Source: Microbotryum violaceum
Taxonomy: Eukaryota
Direction of reading: 5' to 3'
Assembly: GCA_001244265.2 (NCBI GenBank)
Contig: CDLV01000006.1
Coordinates: 2,542,001-2,606,000, forward strand
Length of the DNA stretch: 64,000 nucleotides
Positions 1-13,800 of this stretch are shown piece by piece. The position numbers were made by a program, and so were the translations under genes. Position 1 is the stretch's first letter; the number at the start of each line of letters is the position of its first letter. The notes beneath the pieces were generated by a model, which did not search any database, had not been told where the DNA came from, and saw only the letters and a program-made list of their open reading frames with translations.

Positions 1-847
1 CGAGGCCGGACAAACCGCCACGGTCAAAGTCACCATCACGCCTCCCCAACTCACCGCTCGCGAGAAGGACTACTTCCCCGTCTATTCCGGGTTCATCAAC
101 ATCCACGCGAGCAACAAGCAAGAGTTCCACGTCTCCTACTTCGGTCTTGCGGCTGACATCGTCGACATGCCGATCATTGATGTTTCGACCTCGTTCGCTT
201 CGGCGTTCAGGAGTGGGTTGCCCCAGGGACTTACGTACCCCTATTTGCTTGATAATTCACCCAACAGCGTCAAGGTGCCGACCCAACTTACGACCTTTGA
301 TCGATCGATCGGGGTGGGGGTGTTCATCAGGTTCGCGCAAGCCACTCGTCATGTTACCGTTGATGTCATTGCGGGTAACTCGACTTTCAAAGGAACCCTT
401 CCGAGCCACGAGGGAAGAAATCACCGTCGATCCCTCAACGCCGCAGACGAGAACCACCTTGTCGCTCGTCGACTCGCTCGTCAATCCCGAGCAGATCCAA
501 ATCAATTGTACACCGATGTTCAAGTACTCGGTAGGATTTACGAGAAGAAGAACCAGGCTCGTGATGACAAGGGATCGCCAGATGCGTTGGTCGTGTTCAA
601 AGGTTCGATGCATAAGGATTTGTCGATGGATGGTCAGGCATCCGATTTGCCGGATGGAATGCCTTATCGCGTACTTGTTCGGTGAGGCATAATCTTGTTG
701 TTCATTTCGAATGGCTTGAGTGAGTGCTGACGCGGATGTCGCAATGGTTTCGCTTCGACCCACAGCGCGCTGAAGACGACGGCCGATCCTTCGCTTGAGG
801 CGAGTTGGGAATCGTGGGTCAGCCCTCCGGTCCAATTCAAGTCATGA
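1..847 (+). CDS. 3' part of a secreted S8 subtilisin-like peptidase (C-terminal Fn3-like region); 5' end outside the window
   Basis: Open frame from base 2 reads TATVKVTITPP...FPVYSGFI...HVSYFGLA...YRVLVR; intron 682-765; last exon ALKTTADPSLEASWESWVSPPVQFKS*. This pattern is typical of fungal pyrolysin-type subtilases. The catalytic domain is not in the window. Confidence 0.7.
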
Positions 848-1302
848 GCAGCAGTGCATCAGCCCCATCAGATGCGGCGTTGTGCATAGTTTATCCTACC
901 TTACACCCCTAGATCTGTACCCGCTCGACTTGCACCATCAAATGTCGGTGTCAAATACCTGTTTCATAATACCCCCGGAACCGATAATCTGTGCTTGAGT
1001 AGTGCATGAGCTCATGCCCTCATTGCGAGATGCTCGGCAATTGTGGAACGTGCAATGAACAATTTGTGAACCCATGGGCCGGTGCATGCATCTACCACCT
1101 CCAAAGGCGTTATGCTTGAAATTACTGCCGGGGCACTCAGGTCCTTGAGCCCCACAAGGCCCCACAGGCCCCACATGCGATCAAGCGCGACGAGCTCGCT
1201 CCGTTCGCGTAACTCGTCAGCAGCTTGACCTTCAACCGTTCATCCCCTACTGATGCGCCGCTTGCCACTCCCTCCCACGACCAAGGCAAGCGCTCACCCA
1301 AC

Positions 1303-3091
1303 ATGAACTTGGCCGCTCATCTCATCTCGGACGAAAAGCGTTCGCCCATCCTGGGGCTGCAATTGAACTGTACGGGCACGTCGTTCGCCACCGCGACCGA
1401 TCAGGGCTGGGCCGTCTATCGCACCCATCCTCTGCAGAGCACAAGTCAACGAGGCGGGTCAAGGTGCTCTAGCTGAAAGCTTGTAGGGTCACTGATGAGT
1501 ATGCGACCCCGCACCCAGCAGAATTTGCGAATGGCTCACTTCGGTTGGTGCTCCCTCTCGAACTGTCCAACATCTTGTTCCTCGTCGGTGGACCACCTTC
1601 ACCGCTGTACCCTCCCAACAAGGTCATGGTCTGGGACGATCATCTCGGCCAAGCGGTGTGCGAACTCGAGTTCGGTGAAGAGGTCAAGGGTCTTGCAGCG
1701 AGGAGGGACCGGCTCGTAGTCGTGCTCAAGAAGAGGGTCGTCTTGTTCGTGTTGGGTAAGGGGGGGTTGGGCATATGGAGGGAAGGAGTATACGACACTA
1801 CCAACAACCCCAAAGGTGAGTGTCTCACCAGCGTACATCTAGGATCGCCATGACTGATCGCGTTGACAGCTCGCTGGCTTTGGGAATTGAAATTTTCCAG
1901 GCCTCGTCGCGCTGGGGACCGAGACCGGATCGACCTTGTTGGCCTTCCCAGGTCGTCAACCAGGCCAAGTACAAATCGTCAATCTACCCCCACTGACAGC
2001 CCCACACGAGATGTCACCCCTTCCACCCGCACCGTCCCACGATCCCACCTCGGCGCCTTATCCATCCGTATCGATTATTCTCGCCCACACCACCTCCCTC
2101 GCCGCTTTGTCGTGCACACCCTCGGGCGGACTCTTAGCCACAGCAAGCTCAAAAGGAACCCTCATCCGAGTTTGGGATACGAGCCATGCGAGGCTGGTCA
2201 AGGAATTGCGACGAGGCTCGGACGAGGCCCAAGTTTTCGGTATCGCGATTCGCACGGACGGTGAGGCGGTGGCCGTTAGTTCTGATAAGGGGACTGTCCA
2301 TGTTTGGGATCTCAAGATGACCAAAGAAGATTATCAGAAGAAGAGGAGCGCGAGTGCCTCGTCGATGGGGGAGGTGACCGAGTCAGTCTGCTTCGTGCAA
2401 GCGGGTGGTGGTGCCTCGTTTCGTTTGCTGAATCTGGTCCACGAAAACGTCTGCGGCGCAGGACGACTAGGTCCAAACAATTTTCGATGCTCAAGCCATA
2501 CCTCCCGAAATACTTTTCATCCGAATGGTCCCATTCACAATTCCGACTTCCTCCTCCAGCGCCTACAGCCTCACGGCTACCGTTCTCCCTCTCATCCTCG
2601 ACCGCTGCCGCTGCTGGAGCTTCGGCGTTATCGAGTGGTGTTGGATCGGTTTCGACGGCGCCGCCGACGATCGAGGATGATGTTTGTATTTGCGCTTGGA
2701 TCAAGGTCGAGACTGAGGTTCCCGTCGGGCCAGCGGACGCGAGTGGATCCTCTACTGCGGGAAGGTCGGACTCTTCAAGTCGATCGAATACATCAGCGAC
2801 GACGATGGGCAAAGGTTCCGCACGTTCAATCCCGAGTCCTTCAGGGGAGAAACGAATAGAGCACCAACTTGTCGCGCTCACTCATTCGGGAAGATGGTTT
2901 CGCATTTCTCTACTCGGTGGCGGTGGCGGTGGCGGGGGCGGGGGCGGGGCGGGGGAGGTGGCGGGGCTAAAGGTGGAACGGGGGAACGGTTGAAGGGTGT
3001 CAAGGACGACGCGTTCGGTTTGGGCAGGGACTCGACGACGGATTGTCGGCTGGAGGAGTATCGACAGTTTGGGAAGCAGGATGGGTGGTGA
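1303..3091 (+). CDS. HSV2: PROPPIN WD40 phosphoinositide-binding protein (Hsv2/WIPI3-4 type)
   Basis: Motifs SNILFLVGG, PNKVMVWDD, AH...LATASSKGTLIRVWD, ELRRG, VSSDKGTVHVW and LPKYFSSEWS; multi-exon; apparent 1-nt slip in a G-rich tract near 2947. Confidence 0.85.
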
Positions 3092-3637
3092 AGTTCGGTG
3101 TAAGCCGTTGGAAATAATTCTTCTCGAAGCCAGATTGAAGATCCAGACGGGCCGAGCACGATTGTTCTAGTCCACGTAGTCCGCAATTTTGTTGTTTCTT
3201 TCTTTCCGCTTATCGAGTACAACTCTTATCTTTTGATTGAGCTATGGCCGCGTCTGATTTTGAGTGATCGGCACCCGAGGACCTGCGTTCGTCGCGTCGC
3301 GCCTCGGCCGACAGCGGCACCTTAGGGCTTATTAACCACGCCCTCGCTGCCCTGCTGTTTGTTTCCGTGACACGCACGCACGCCCACCTCCACCGACTGG
3401 CACACCCTCGTTTTGCGACACCACTTCCCCAACCGGTGTCTACTCGGCAACCCACCCGTCGAGCCTGCTCCCGCCTGGACCGACGAGGACCGCTTGGCCA
3501 CGCGCGGGCGACGAACCACGTCACAACTCGCACACTCGCTCGCACACACGCCTCGTCCTGTCCTCGTCCCGTCCCGTCTCCTCTCTGTCCGTCGCAGCTG
3601 CCTTTCACCGACCTTCCCATCGCTCACCTCCCCCAAC

Positions 3638-4836
3638 ATGATCCGACCACGACCAACAATAAACACCAGATTCTCCCCCTTTGTGGTGCTGCTCGTTCTG
3701 TGGTGCTCATGGTGCCTGCTCGGCGTGCAAGGCTCGGCATTGACGACGACCATTCTCGCGAATGAGCGGAGTTGCTTCTACGCGCTCGTCGATAAACCGG
3801 GCGAGAAGGTCAGTTCAGTTGGAATCGCACTTCATGTGTTGGGGGTGTTAGGTGTATGAGATGAAGATTACTGATTTGGGACTTGGGACGCGTCGTGATA
3901 GGTCGGCTTCTACTTTGCCGTAAGTCGTCGCGCGGTCGAGGCTTTCGTTCGGCTCGGATAACGAATACGCGGTTCATAACTGGGCGTGGATGCACCGGGG
4001 GTCATCAACCTACGATGTTTGCTTCAAAGAACCGGCGATCGCTAGCGGAGTTGGCACCGATGACCCCTTCCGTCGGCGCATTCCGCGAAAGCGCCGTCGA
4101 AAATGATGACCCACTCCATTCTGGGAACGCGTCCCGTCGGCAACGAGCGATGAAATGGCCGAAAGCTGACCACTCGACGCGAACACCCACAGGTCCAATC
4201 CGGTGGCTCGTTCGACATCGACTGGACCGTCACTGACCCAGCGGACACGATCATGATCGAAGGCGAACGCGAGCGTCAAGGCGACTACATCTTCACCGCC
4301 CACCTCGTCGGCGAATACTCCTTCTGCTTCTCCAACGACATGTCCTCCTTTTCCGAAAAACTAGTCGATTTCGACATCATGGTCGAGTCCGAACCAAGAC
4401 CTGTTGCACCGGCTAAACCGACCGGATTGACCGAACAAACGTCCAGTTTGGAAGAGAGCATTTATAAATTGAGTGGCAGTCTGAGTTCAATTCAGAGGAC
4501 GCAGAAGTACTTTAGGACGAGAGAAAATAGGAATGCGAGTCATCACGGAGTAACTTTTTGAAGACATCTGTACGAACTGACTTTGGCGGTCCACATCCCT
4601 TCAGGTCTCGACGGTCAAAAGCACACAGTGGCGTATCTGGGCATGCTCCATCACTGAGAGTCTCATGATGGTCGGGATGAGCGCTTTCCAAGTCTGGGGT
4701 ACGTCAATTTTCGGACTGGATTCCGGTTTCTTTTCCGGCTCGCCAAGGGAGAGAGCTGACACTCGTATTTCTTGTCTCGTCGTCCGCAGTCGTGCAACGC
4801 TTCTTCTCAGGCCCTTCGAGGCGGCGACAAGTTTGA
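3638..4836 (+). CDS. p24/emp24/gp25L GOLD-domain cargo receptor
   Basis: Signal peptide, then ERSCFY, VGFYFA micro-exon (3902-3919), VQSGGSFDID, GEYSFCFSNDMS, RENRN-VSTVKST, C-terminal TM segment and FF tail. Confidence 0.88.
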
Positions 4837-5014
4837 AGTTGGGGTACGACGACACGGTTTTCGAGCATATTAGGAACGTGCCTTGCTATTCCATACATCC
4901 GGGCTCATTCTGTCCCAAAGTCTCAACCATCGTGAAGCGGAATTTTATCTTTTGAGTTTCCATTCTGTCCCTTGCGATTCTTGCTACAACACAACTACGA
5001 TCCACGACGAAGAC

Positions 5015-8000
5015 TCATAACCCCGCAAAACCCCCGAGTTCCTGGGTCAAAAGTTCCTGCTAGTCTTGTCCATACGTTGCTGATTCGCACAACTATCAGG
5101 TCCTAACCGACCTGCGACTGCTGAGCCTGCGCCTGTGCCTGCGCTTGAGCCTGAGCTTGCGCATGCGCTTGAGCCTGCGCATGAGCCCTCATTTGCGCTT
5201 GCGCCTGTGCCTGTGCATGCATCTCCCTCTGCCTCGCCTGATACATCGCCATCTGTTCAGCCGTCATTTGTGCCGCACCCGGTTGTTGTTGCAGGAATTG
5301 TTGGGGCGGGGCGGCGAGGCCGTTGGAGAGACGATTGACGGAGCCGGGTTGGCCTTGGGGACCTTGGTTAGGAGAGGGGAGACCTTGAGGACGGGTTTGG
5401 CCTTGAGGCACTTGGGCACCCGGGGGAAAACCTTGGGGCATGTTCGCGTTGGGCATGAACCGGACGCCTCCATTCTGAAGTCGGAGAAAAATAGGTGGCG
5501 ACAAAAGTCAGTTCACAGCTCAGAGGATTGACGTAGGCGCACATCTTGGACTCACAATTTGTTGGCCTCCATTCGCGACAAGCTGTTGTTGTTGTTGTTG
5601 TTGCTGTTGTTGTTGAAGGCGTTGCTGCTGCTGCTGCTGCAAAAGCTCGGACTGCTGTTGCGCCCTTGCGCGGGCGCGTGCCTGTTCCGACTCGTGCCTA
5701 TACGCGCCCCATTCCATGGGAGAATACATCGGCCGTTGTGGGATGTTGTGCGAGTCATGGATAGCCATACTTATCCGTCGTGGCATACCCGGTGGAGGAG
5801 CTTTCGCCGCCGCGATCTCGCGCTTCTTCTGCACCTTGCGCATCGCATCGAAGACGGTCAAATGGCGCAAACTCTTCTTGCCACCTTCGAAATTGGCGAA
5901 TTGGGGAGCTCGACTGGCTTTGAGATCGGGAGGAGGAACGAAATCGGGGACGGGGACGGAAATTTCGGTTCCATCGGGGAGGGTCTTGCGTGAACCAGGT
6001 CCGGCGAGTTTGTCCCATCGATCGTAGACATCCCAAGGGAGTCGAACGTCCGAATCGGGACGGATCGTCGAACCGTTGAACACGTCCGCGATCATTTGCC
6101 AATGCGGACCATACTGCTTCGTGAGAGCGAGGATTCGAGCATCTTCGTCGGGCGCCCAGTGCAAAGAAGCGGCACGCGTTTCAGCATTGGGCAATTCGGC
6201 AGGTCGGTTGTTGATCAGTTCGGCTAGGAGGTCGTTCCTCGCTCGTGGTTTGGCACTCGCGAACAAGGTCGATTGCATCAATGCAGGAGGCGGTAAATCG
6301 CGAGTGGGTTCGACGATCGGTTCCTTCGAATCGTCGAGCCAGACGCTCGTCGAGTCGTCCCAGCCGTTCTTGGTCCGTGTTCGTGCCGGATTGATCGTAC
6401 TGACGAGCAGAGGCTTGGATTCGAGCCATTTCGAGACGTGATTGACCCGTCCGGACCAAGGGGAACTTTCTTCGAAACGTTTGTCGAGTGCGGGGTCACT
6501 CGCGATGAGGAAGTCGGAGTAGAGGGGAAGGTCGGGGAAGAGCGCTCCCAAATTAGGCGCGATCGTGTCATCAGCGACGCCGGCGATCGCAACGGGATCA
6601 AAGACCGTCGTGTCGGGTCCAAGTCCAAAGACGGGTGCTCGCAAGGCGATGAGATTTTGGATGTGAGCTGCTGCGGCTGCTGCGTCGGCACGTTGCTTCT
6701 CCGCTGCCGCTTGGGCTTGTGCTCGTGCTGAACCCAGGACGGGCGTGGCGGCAGCGCCAGGGGTCGAAGCGTTCGTCGCTCCGTCAATACCCGCGACGAC
6801 CTTGTTCTTGGCTTCGGGATCGGGAGCCTCGTCAACCTCGCCGTCGGCATCGACATCTCCGACACCGTCCGCATCTGCATCCCCTCCTTCTGCCTTGGAT
6901 CCCTCGTCGACATCCATTGCCGCTTCGCCATCGGCACCCCCTTTCCCCTCCCCTTCCACGTCCATCTCCACATCCTCTTCCTCAGTCAAATACCTCGGTT
7001 GCCCAACCTTAACACACATCTCTTTCCTGTCCTCCGGCGTAGCGCGATGCCATGCCCTCGCAGCCCTAGCCAAATTATAAGCCGTGACCGTTTTCCACCT
7101 CTTCTCCTGCCTGAAATCGGTCTGCAACCACCTCATCTCATCCAATACATGATCCCAATGCGCTTTCGGGACCACTCCGGCCCTTTGTTTCCTAGGTTGT
7201 CGGAACGACCATGCCTTTTCAGCTTTCATTGCTTCGATCCTTTCGAACGCTCGCAGAGCGCGAAATTCCTCCAATCCGACGGCCCAATCGTGGGTGCTCA
7301 AAACGTTATGAACGCGTTTACCCCGCCCGAGGAAATTCTTGGCTCCTGTATGAACGGCCTTGATGTGCATCTTGTACAGATCCGGTGGGGGTGGCATTCG
7401 CTCCTTGCCTTTTTTCGTTCGAACTGTTGTCACGAGGCGGTTGCGCAGGACGTCCGAGGGTAAGGCGGGGAGGGTCTCGGGGTAGTAGGAGGAGATCTGC
7501 GAGATGCCGAACATCGAGTTGTAGGTTGCTGTTTGGGCAATGGAAGGTGGAGGAGGTCCGAGAAGGGAAGGAGAGATCGTAGGTCTTGGCTGAGAAGGGG
7601 TCTCGATAATGGTGGGGACGGGGATGGTTTGGGAAGAGGTCGAAGCGATGGGAGTGACCGAGATGACCGGTTTAATAGTCGAGGCTTTCGATGGGGTCCC
7701 ATGGCCATTAGCGCCGGGTACAGAGGCCATGTTGACATCTTCACCACCATCTGGCTCCCCATCCGCATCGGCATCGGCATCGGCCTCCGAATCGGCATCG
7801 GTAGCTGTGGTCGCTTTCCCATTCTGCTCGGCGGTGCTCGTCGGTCGGACAAGGTTCGCCTCGTCGCCTTCCAACAACCGCGGTGGGAGTGTCGGACTCG
7901 GTGACATGGGTGGTAGAGAAAGATCCAATTTTGCCAGCCTACAAAACACCACCAAGTTATATCAGCATTTTAAAACAGTGAAAGTTCGATTCTGTTTCGA

Positions 8001-8429
8001 GCCGAACGCAGCAGCGCTCTCAGCAAGCGCTGATCACTGGACTACTCACGTCGTCGCATCACTGAAATCGCGTTGGAACTTGTCCAGGGTCATGAGGGGG
8101 TTATGGTTTTCGGGTGGGTTGGATGCATTGGCCGTGGCGAGGGTGCGGAGCCCGGCTTCGAACGAGGTCGCACGCGACTTGTCCTGCATCGCGTAATACA
8201 GGCTCGCGAGTTGTTCATGCCGGTCTTTGACGAGCGCACTACTCGAAAGATATAAAGAAGATGTAGGGTAAGGATCAGCTAGTGTGTTTGAGAGCGTGTC
8301 TCAAATGGAGAAACGAGGGGAATGTAGGTGCATTTATGCACCGTAAACAAGCACTCACGCTAGACGCTTCTCATGTACCTGCGTCGCATGTTGGGAGATC
8401 GAGTCCAGAGTGATGGGCTGGTAAGACAT
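5015..8429 (-). CDS. EAF1: NuA4 scaffold Eaf1/Vid21 (HSA + SANT/Myb domains, Q-rich tail)
   Basis: WSFRQP...HWDHVLDEMRWLQTDFRQEKRWK (HSA); WAPDEDARILALTKQYGPHWQMIADVFN (SANT); poly-Q/QA C-terminus. Confidence 0.88.
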
Positions 8430-9131
8430 GGACCACACAAAGTCGAACCGTCAGTGCGACTGATCTGGTACAGCAACGATTTGCGTCCTGATGCTTGGGC
8501 TGTTGCTAATGGGCTAATGGGGCCTAATGGTTAATGCGCCATTCGAGGCTGCATTACACGTTGACTAATGCGGCGATTGCGTCCGGGCCAGGACTTGCGA
8601 AGGCCAAGAGCTGGACAAACAAGGGCGGCCCGCGGCCCCGCCACGACACGGACGGAAGACGACGACGCAACTCACCTCGTCTCCAGGTGGAATCGACAAC
8701 ATCGCTAAGGTGGTGGAGAAGATTGCCCCCAGTGTCGTCCACGAACCACGATGATGATCGGTGTACGATGAGCGACTGAGCGGCGGGCGATCCCGGGGGA
8801 GCGGTTGATTCTAGCTGAGGCCCTGCTGTTTTGCGTGCTTCGAAGCGACGACGTGGCTTCGCGGGCAGGGAACTGCAGGGAACGGTCGGAGCGAGCTGGG
8901 CCACAACAGACCGGTCGGCGGATTTTCTGGCCCTAGTGGAAAAGTGCTCGACATGCAAAGGCCTTGATGACCATCTAAATCGTAGTCTTTCTGTCCATGC
9001 ATTCCTCAAATTCTCACAGGCGGTCTGTTCCGATAACCGTATATTGCACAACAACATTTCAGACCCACGCCACTCGTTCACACCGACCGCCAAGCCTACC
9101 AGTCGCTGCAACATCTGTTGGCGTCGATTAT

Positions 9132-10495
9132 CTACTTCCCCTCAATTAGCGATAGTTCCTTCATCCCCTCAGGCCAAGAAATAGACTCTGTCGTCGGCTC
9201 CTTCCATCCCATTTTTTTGATCAGGCGTCGGAAGGCATAAGGTAATGGCGCGGTTGCACCGACCGTTTTCCGTTTGCCCGTGTTCTTGTCCCAGACCTGC
9301 GCCAAAGACTTGTAGGACTAAGCGGTACGCTCTAAGATCCTTAGAACGAACATGAAAGGTACTGACATGTAATCGAACCGCCCAAGCATGCAAGAACATA
9401 CTCCCATTCGCGCCCATCATGCTCGGAGGAAGATCCGTCGCCAGCGCCGAGGACATCATAGTATCGGGATCGAGTTCGTATTTGTGATCGCCTAAAATCG
9501 GTGCTCTTAGCACTTGGGAACAGTGGACCCTCAATTGATGTTTGCGACCAGTTTGTGGGGATAGCAGGAGGAGGGAGAGATTTGATGACTGAATGGTGCA
9601 AACGAATATTCTTTTAGCGATGTTGGCCGTCGCGGGGTCACACTGTAAGATAAGCTCACCGAAGATGCAAGACATTCCCATTCGGTCTTTGCTTCAATGA
9701 TCTTGCCCAATTCCTCGGACGCCAGATCCGTCACCGGTTCATGTTCCATCCGTACGCGATCTTGGTCGACGCGCAGCGGAGCATAAATGAGGTCTCGGTA
9801 GCCCGGCTTGAGGCGTCCATGAACGATGGCGAGGTATTTGCGCGAGATCTCGTGTCGGGTCAGTTGTGAACATAGGTTCTTGTGTGCTTGGGCATTTTTG
9901 GATAGAATGAGCGTGCCTGTGGTTGCCTAGTGGAGGGAGCGGAAGGCTTCCAGGATCAGTGTTCCGAAGCAGCGATGAACGAATTTTGGGCAGGGCGCCC
10001 CACCTTGTCCAATCGATGAACGGGGTTCAGATTTCCCGAGTCGATACGCTTCTTCAAAGCTGTTCACAATAGTCAGTATGAGACTCTTTTCATGGTGTGG
10101 ATAGTATTGGACCAACCTTTGAGGATGCCTTCCCAGTTTAACCTAGCCTCGGTGCCATATTGACCTTGCAGACTCGCGCCCGAGGGTTTGTCAATGACGA
10201 CGAGGTTGTTGTCCTGATATAACAGCTTGGGAAGAGGTGGTCGAGGTAATGAGATGTTGACGGTTTTCCATCGGTCTGCGCGTTGAGGTGGGGCTGCCGT
10301 TGCTGCTGGTCTGGAGGAGGATCTGCTGCCAGTGTAATATGGTGGTGGTGGTGGTGCTCGAGATGGGGGTGGTCTAGCTCTTGTCGTTTGCGGTGAAAAA
10401 GCAGAAAAAGTGTTCTTTCTCGGTGTGGCTTTGCTAGGGCGGGACCGAGTCGGCTTGATGGTCGATAGCGATCTGTGTAGTATCAAGGACGGCAT
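9132..10495 (-). CDS. RluA-family pseudouridine synthase (Pus5-like, probably mitochondrial)
   Basis: LVVIDKPSG, spliced VHRLDK-ATTG catalytic motif, YLAIVHG, TGRKHQLRVH...PILGDHKY, MFLHA; basic N-terminal presequence. Confidence 0.85.
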
Positions 10496-10583
10496 GTAGT
10501 GGACTCTGTGAGCAGGAGTCGAGCTGCAAACGGCCTCGCATTCGCACGGCGACAGAACGTAATTCTGATCGATCGGAATGGAC

Positions 10584-10651
10584 AGCAGCGATTGCTAATG
10601 CGATTTGTCTGTGGTCGAGCAGCGATTGCTAATGCGCATTGTCTGTGGTCG
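10584..10651. repeat. 34-bp near-perfect tandem duplication in the divergent PUS/eIF3a promoter
   Basis: AGCAGCGATTGCTAATGCG-ATTT/CATT-GTCTGTGGTCG occurs twice, adjacent. Confidence 0.85.
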
Positions 10652-10825
10652 CCCCCGCGCGTTCCTCGCATGCCCGCGCACTCACAAGTCCCACCCAGAG
10701 CCCAGAGGCTGCCCAGCCGTGCCCAGCGTGAAAAGCGAGCGCATACAGAATTCAGAAGACGCCCTCGCAAGCGGTCGACCGTGCTACCCCTGCCTCTCGT
10801 CCCCCCACCCACCTCTCTCCCCAAC

Positions 10826-13800
10826 ATGTCTCCCTTCACACGACCCGAGTTGGTCATTCGCGTAAGTTCTCACCTTCCTAGACGGCTGGCCTGGCCGTCC
10901 TCAGTGACCGTCGCGAGCCGTGGTGCGAATCAGCTTTTGGCGCGCGACGACGATTCGGTTGGCGCAACACGACAACAGCACTGGCGAGCACCCAGTAGCT
11001 GTCTGGCCGCTGGGAGTTCGACATTGCTTTGAATGGATCCTAGACGGAGGATGTGTCGCGCCCTGGTCCGGCACGGGCTCGTCTCGCTCTACCTTCATCT
11101 GGCCCGCGAAGCCGCGATCTCCACCGCTCAAAGTGATCTGATCACCTGTACTGACACCGCGCACCGCATCCATCCTGCACCAACAGCGCTGCGATGAGCT
11201 TCTCTCGGTCAACCAGCCCCTCGCGGCTTTGTCCTCCATCTCCGAGGTGTTCTCGTCCAAGCGCTTCCGCACCACGCCCCTGTCCATGCTCGAACCCATC
11301 CTCATCAAGTTCCTCGGACTCTGCGTCGACTTGCGCAAGGGCCGCACCGCCAAGGAAGGACTCCACATCTACAAGAACGTAGCCCAAAACACCTCCGTCA
11401 GCTCTGTCGAGGTCGTCATCACCAAGTTTCTCGAGCAGTCGCGTGCCAAGTTGACTGAGGCCCTCGCCAAGGTTGACGAGCTCGAAGGTCCCGCTCCCGA
11501 AAAGTCGACCGCCGCTGATGGCGACAAGGACGATGTCGAGGATCTCGAGGCCAGTGAGACGCCCGAGAGCATCCTGCTCAGCACCGTCTCGGAGGAGAAA
11601 TCGCGTGACCGCACCTACCGCACCCTTGTCACCCCTTGGTTGCGATTTCTCTGGGAGGCCTACCGCACTGCGCTCGACACCCTGCGCAACAACGCCCGTC
11701 TCGAAGTCCTGTACCAGACCGTCTGCCACGACGCATTCGCCTTCTGCCTCGAGCACCAGCGCAAGACTGAGTTCCGTCGTTTGGCCGAGACCCTGCGCTC
11801 GCACTTGACCTCCTCGCAAAAGTACTCGCACCAGTCCCACTCGATCAACCTTAACGACCCCGACACCCTCCAGCGTCACCTCGACACTCGCTTCGTGCAG
11901 CTCAACACCGCCGTCGAGCTCGAGCTCTGGCAAGAGGCGTTCCGCACCGCCGAGGACATCCATGCCCTCGTCGGCATGTCCAAGCGCGCCCCCAAGGCCA
12001 GCATGATGGCGACCTTCTTCGACAAAATGGTCAAGGTCTTTGGTGTCGGCCAGAACTACCTCTTCCACGCCGCCGCCTACAGCAAGCTCTACGCTCTGCA
12101 CGCCGCCCGTGTGGCTGCCGTAGGTGACAAAGCCGAGGACGCCGAGCTCGAGAAGCTTTCCTCGCTCGTCTTGCTTTCGGCCCTCGCAGTTCCCCTCGGC
12201 TCCGGCTTACTCGGTGAGAGCGGTAAACGTCGCGAGGTCTCCGAGGAAGGCGAGGCAAAGGGCAAGCTTGGCCGTCTCGCAGCCTTGCTTGGCTTGAACG
12301 CCGCTCCTACTCGCTCGGGTCTCCTCAACGATGCCTTGTCGCGCCACGTCCTCAAGCGCGTCAGTCCCGAGTTGCGCGAGCTCTACAACATCCTCGAGGT
12401 CGACTTCCACCCTCTGTCGATCACATCCAAGATCGAGCCCATCCTCGCCTCGCTGGCAGCCAAGCCCGAGACGGCCCGCTACGTCGAGCCCCTGAAGGAC
12501 GTCGTTCTCGCCCGTTTGTTCGAGCAGCTCGCGCAGGTCTACGCCTCGCTCAAGATCGAGCGCGTCGTTAAGCTCGCTTCGTTCGCTGCCTCTGAGCAGG
12601 TCGCTGCGACCCGTATGCGCGTCGAGCGCTTCGTCACCGAGGCATGCCGTCGTGGTGACCTCGACGTGACGATCGACCACGCGACCGGCTCGATCAAGTT
12701 CGACGAGGACTTGTTCAACGCCGACACCTCCGCCGCTCCGATCGCTTCGACTTCGGCCGCACCCTACGAAGCCAAGTCGCTGCAGCCCTCTGCCGCCGCG
12801 CTCTTGCGTTCTCACCTCGCTCGCTTGGCCGCTTCTTTGCACGCGACCCTCGATGCCGTCGCTCCCGAGCATTCGCCCATTTTTGCCGCCACCCAGGCTC
12901 GCGAAAAGGCTTTCGCCGCCTTCGCCGCCCAAGGTGCCGACGAGCGCGAGGCCCTCATCGCGCGTGCGCAAATCATCAAGCGCCGCAAGGAGCTTGCCGA
13001 GGAGCAGAACGCCCGTGCCGAAAAGGAGGAGGCGCACCAACGCACCTTGCTTGCGGCCAAGAAGGCCGAGGAGGATGCGCTTCGCCAGAAGAACGAGGTG
13101 CGCAACCGCGAACTCGAACGCGTGCGTCGCGAGGTCGAACAGGTCAAGCAGGCCGAGGCGGCTAAAATCGCCGAATCGCTCGTCAAGGGTGGTCTCAAGG
13201 TCGATATAGACAAGTTGCCCGAGCTCTCGGCTTCCGACTTGGTGCAGTTGCAAGTGCAACAGATCGAGAAGGACAAGAAGGACTTGGCGCAGAAGTTGGC
13301 CGGCGTAAACAAGCGCCTCGATTACCTCGAGCGAGCGTTCAGGAAAGAGGAGATCCCGCTCGTCAAGCAGGACTACGAGCGTCAACAGACGCGCGATCGT
13401 CTGGCCCACGAATCTGCAAGGACCCAACGCGCCGAGCAGAACAAGAAGCAACACGCCGAAGCGTTGGCGATCAAGCAGTCGCTTGCTCGTTTGATGCCCG
13501 ACTACAGGGCGTACAAAGAGAAGGCCGAAAGGGAGAGTCGTGCGGCGTACGAGGCCGAGGAGAAACGATTGGCCCAGGCGCTGGCGGCGGCCAAGGCCGA
13601 GCGCAGGCAACAGGTCTTGGACCAGCGTCGACGCGAGCAAGAGGAAGAGCAGAGACGAGAGCAGGAGAAGGCCGAGCGTGCCGAGCGCGAGAGAGGTCAG
13701 TCATTTGCTTCCCCACACACTGTTATCGTTCTTCATCGTGCGATCAGTCTATTGATAATTTCGTGTTATGGTATTACACACAGCTGCCGCAGAGGCTCAG

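Noticed and set aside
4103-4169. ATGATGA...CTGA in the long p24 intron as a C/D snoRNA
   Set aside because: The CTGA coincides with the likely branch point; no terminal stem or properly spaced rRNA guide was found.
5120-5640. CAA/CAG and QA repeats
   Set aside because: Ordinary low-complexity coding sequence of Eaf1.
8698-8753. Peptide NIAKVVEKIAPSVVH resembling the start of HtrA protease domains
   Set aside because: It stops three codons later and no catalytic motifs follow; probably chance.
10862-11186. Long first intron of eIF3a as a snoRNA host
   Set aside because: Only one short hairpin; no convincing C/D or H/ACA boxes.
11142-13640. Long antisense ORFs (319 and 477 aa) opposite eIF3a
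   Set aside because: Expected shadow of strong C-ending codon bias.
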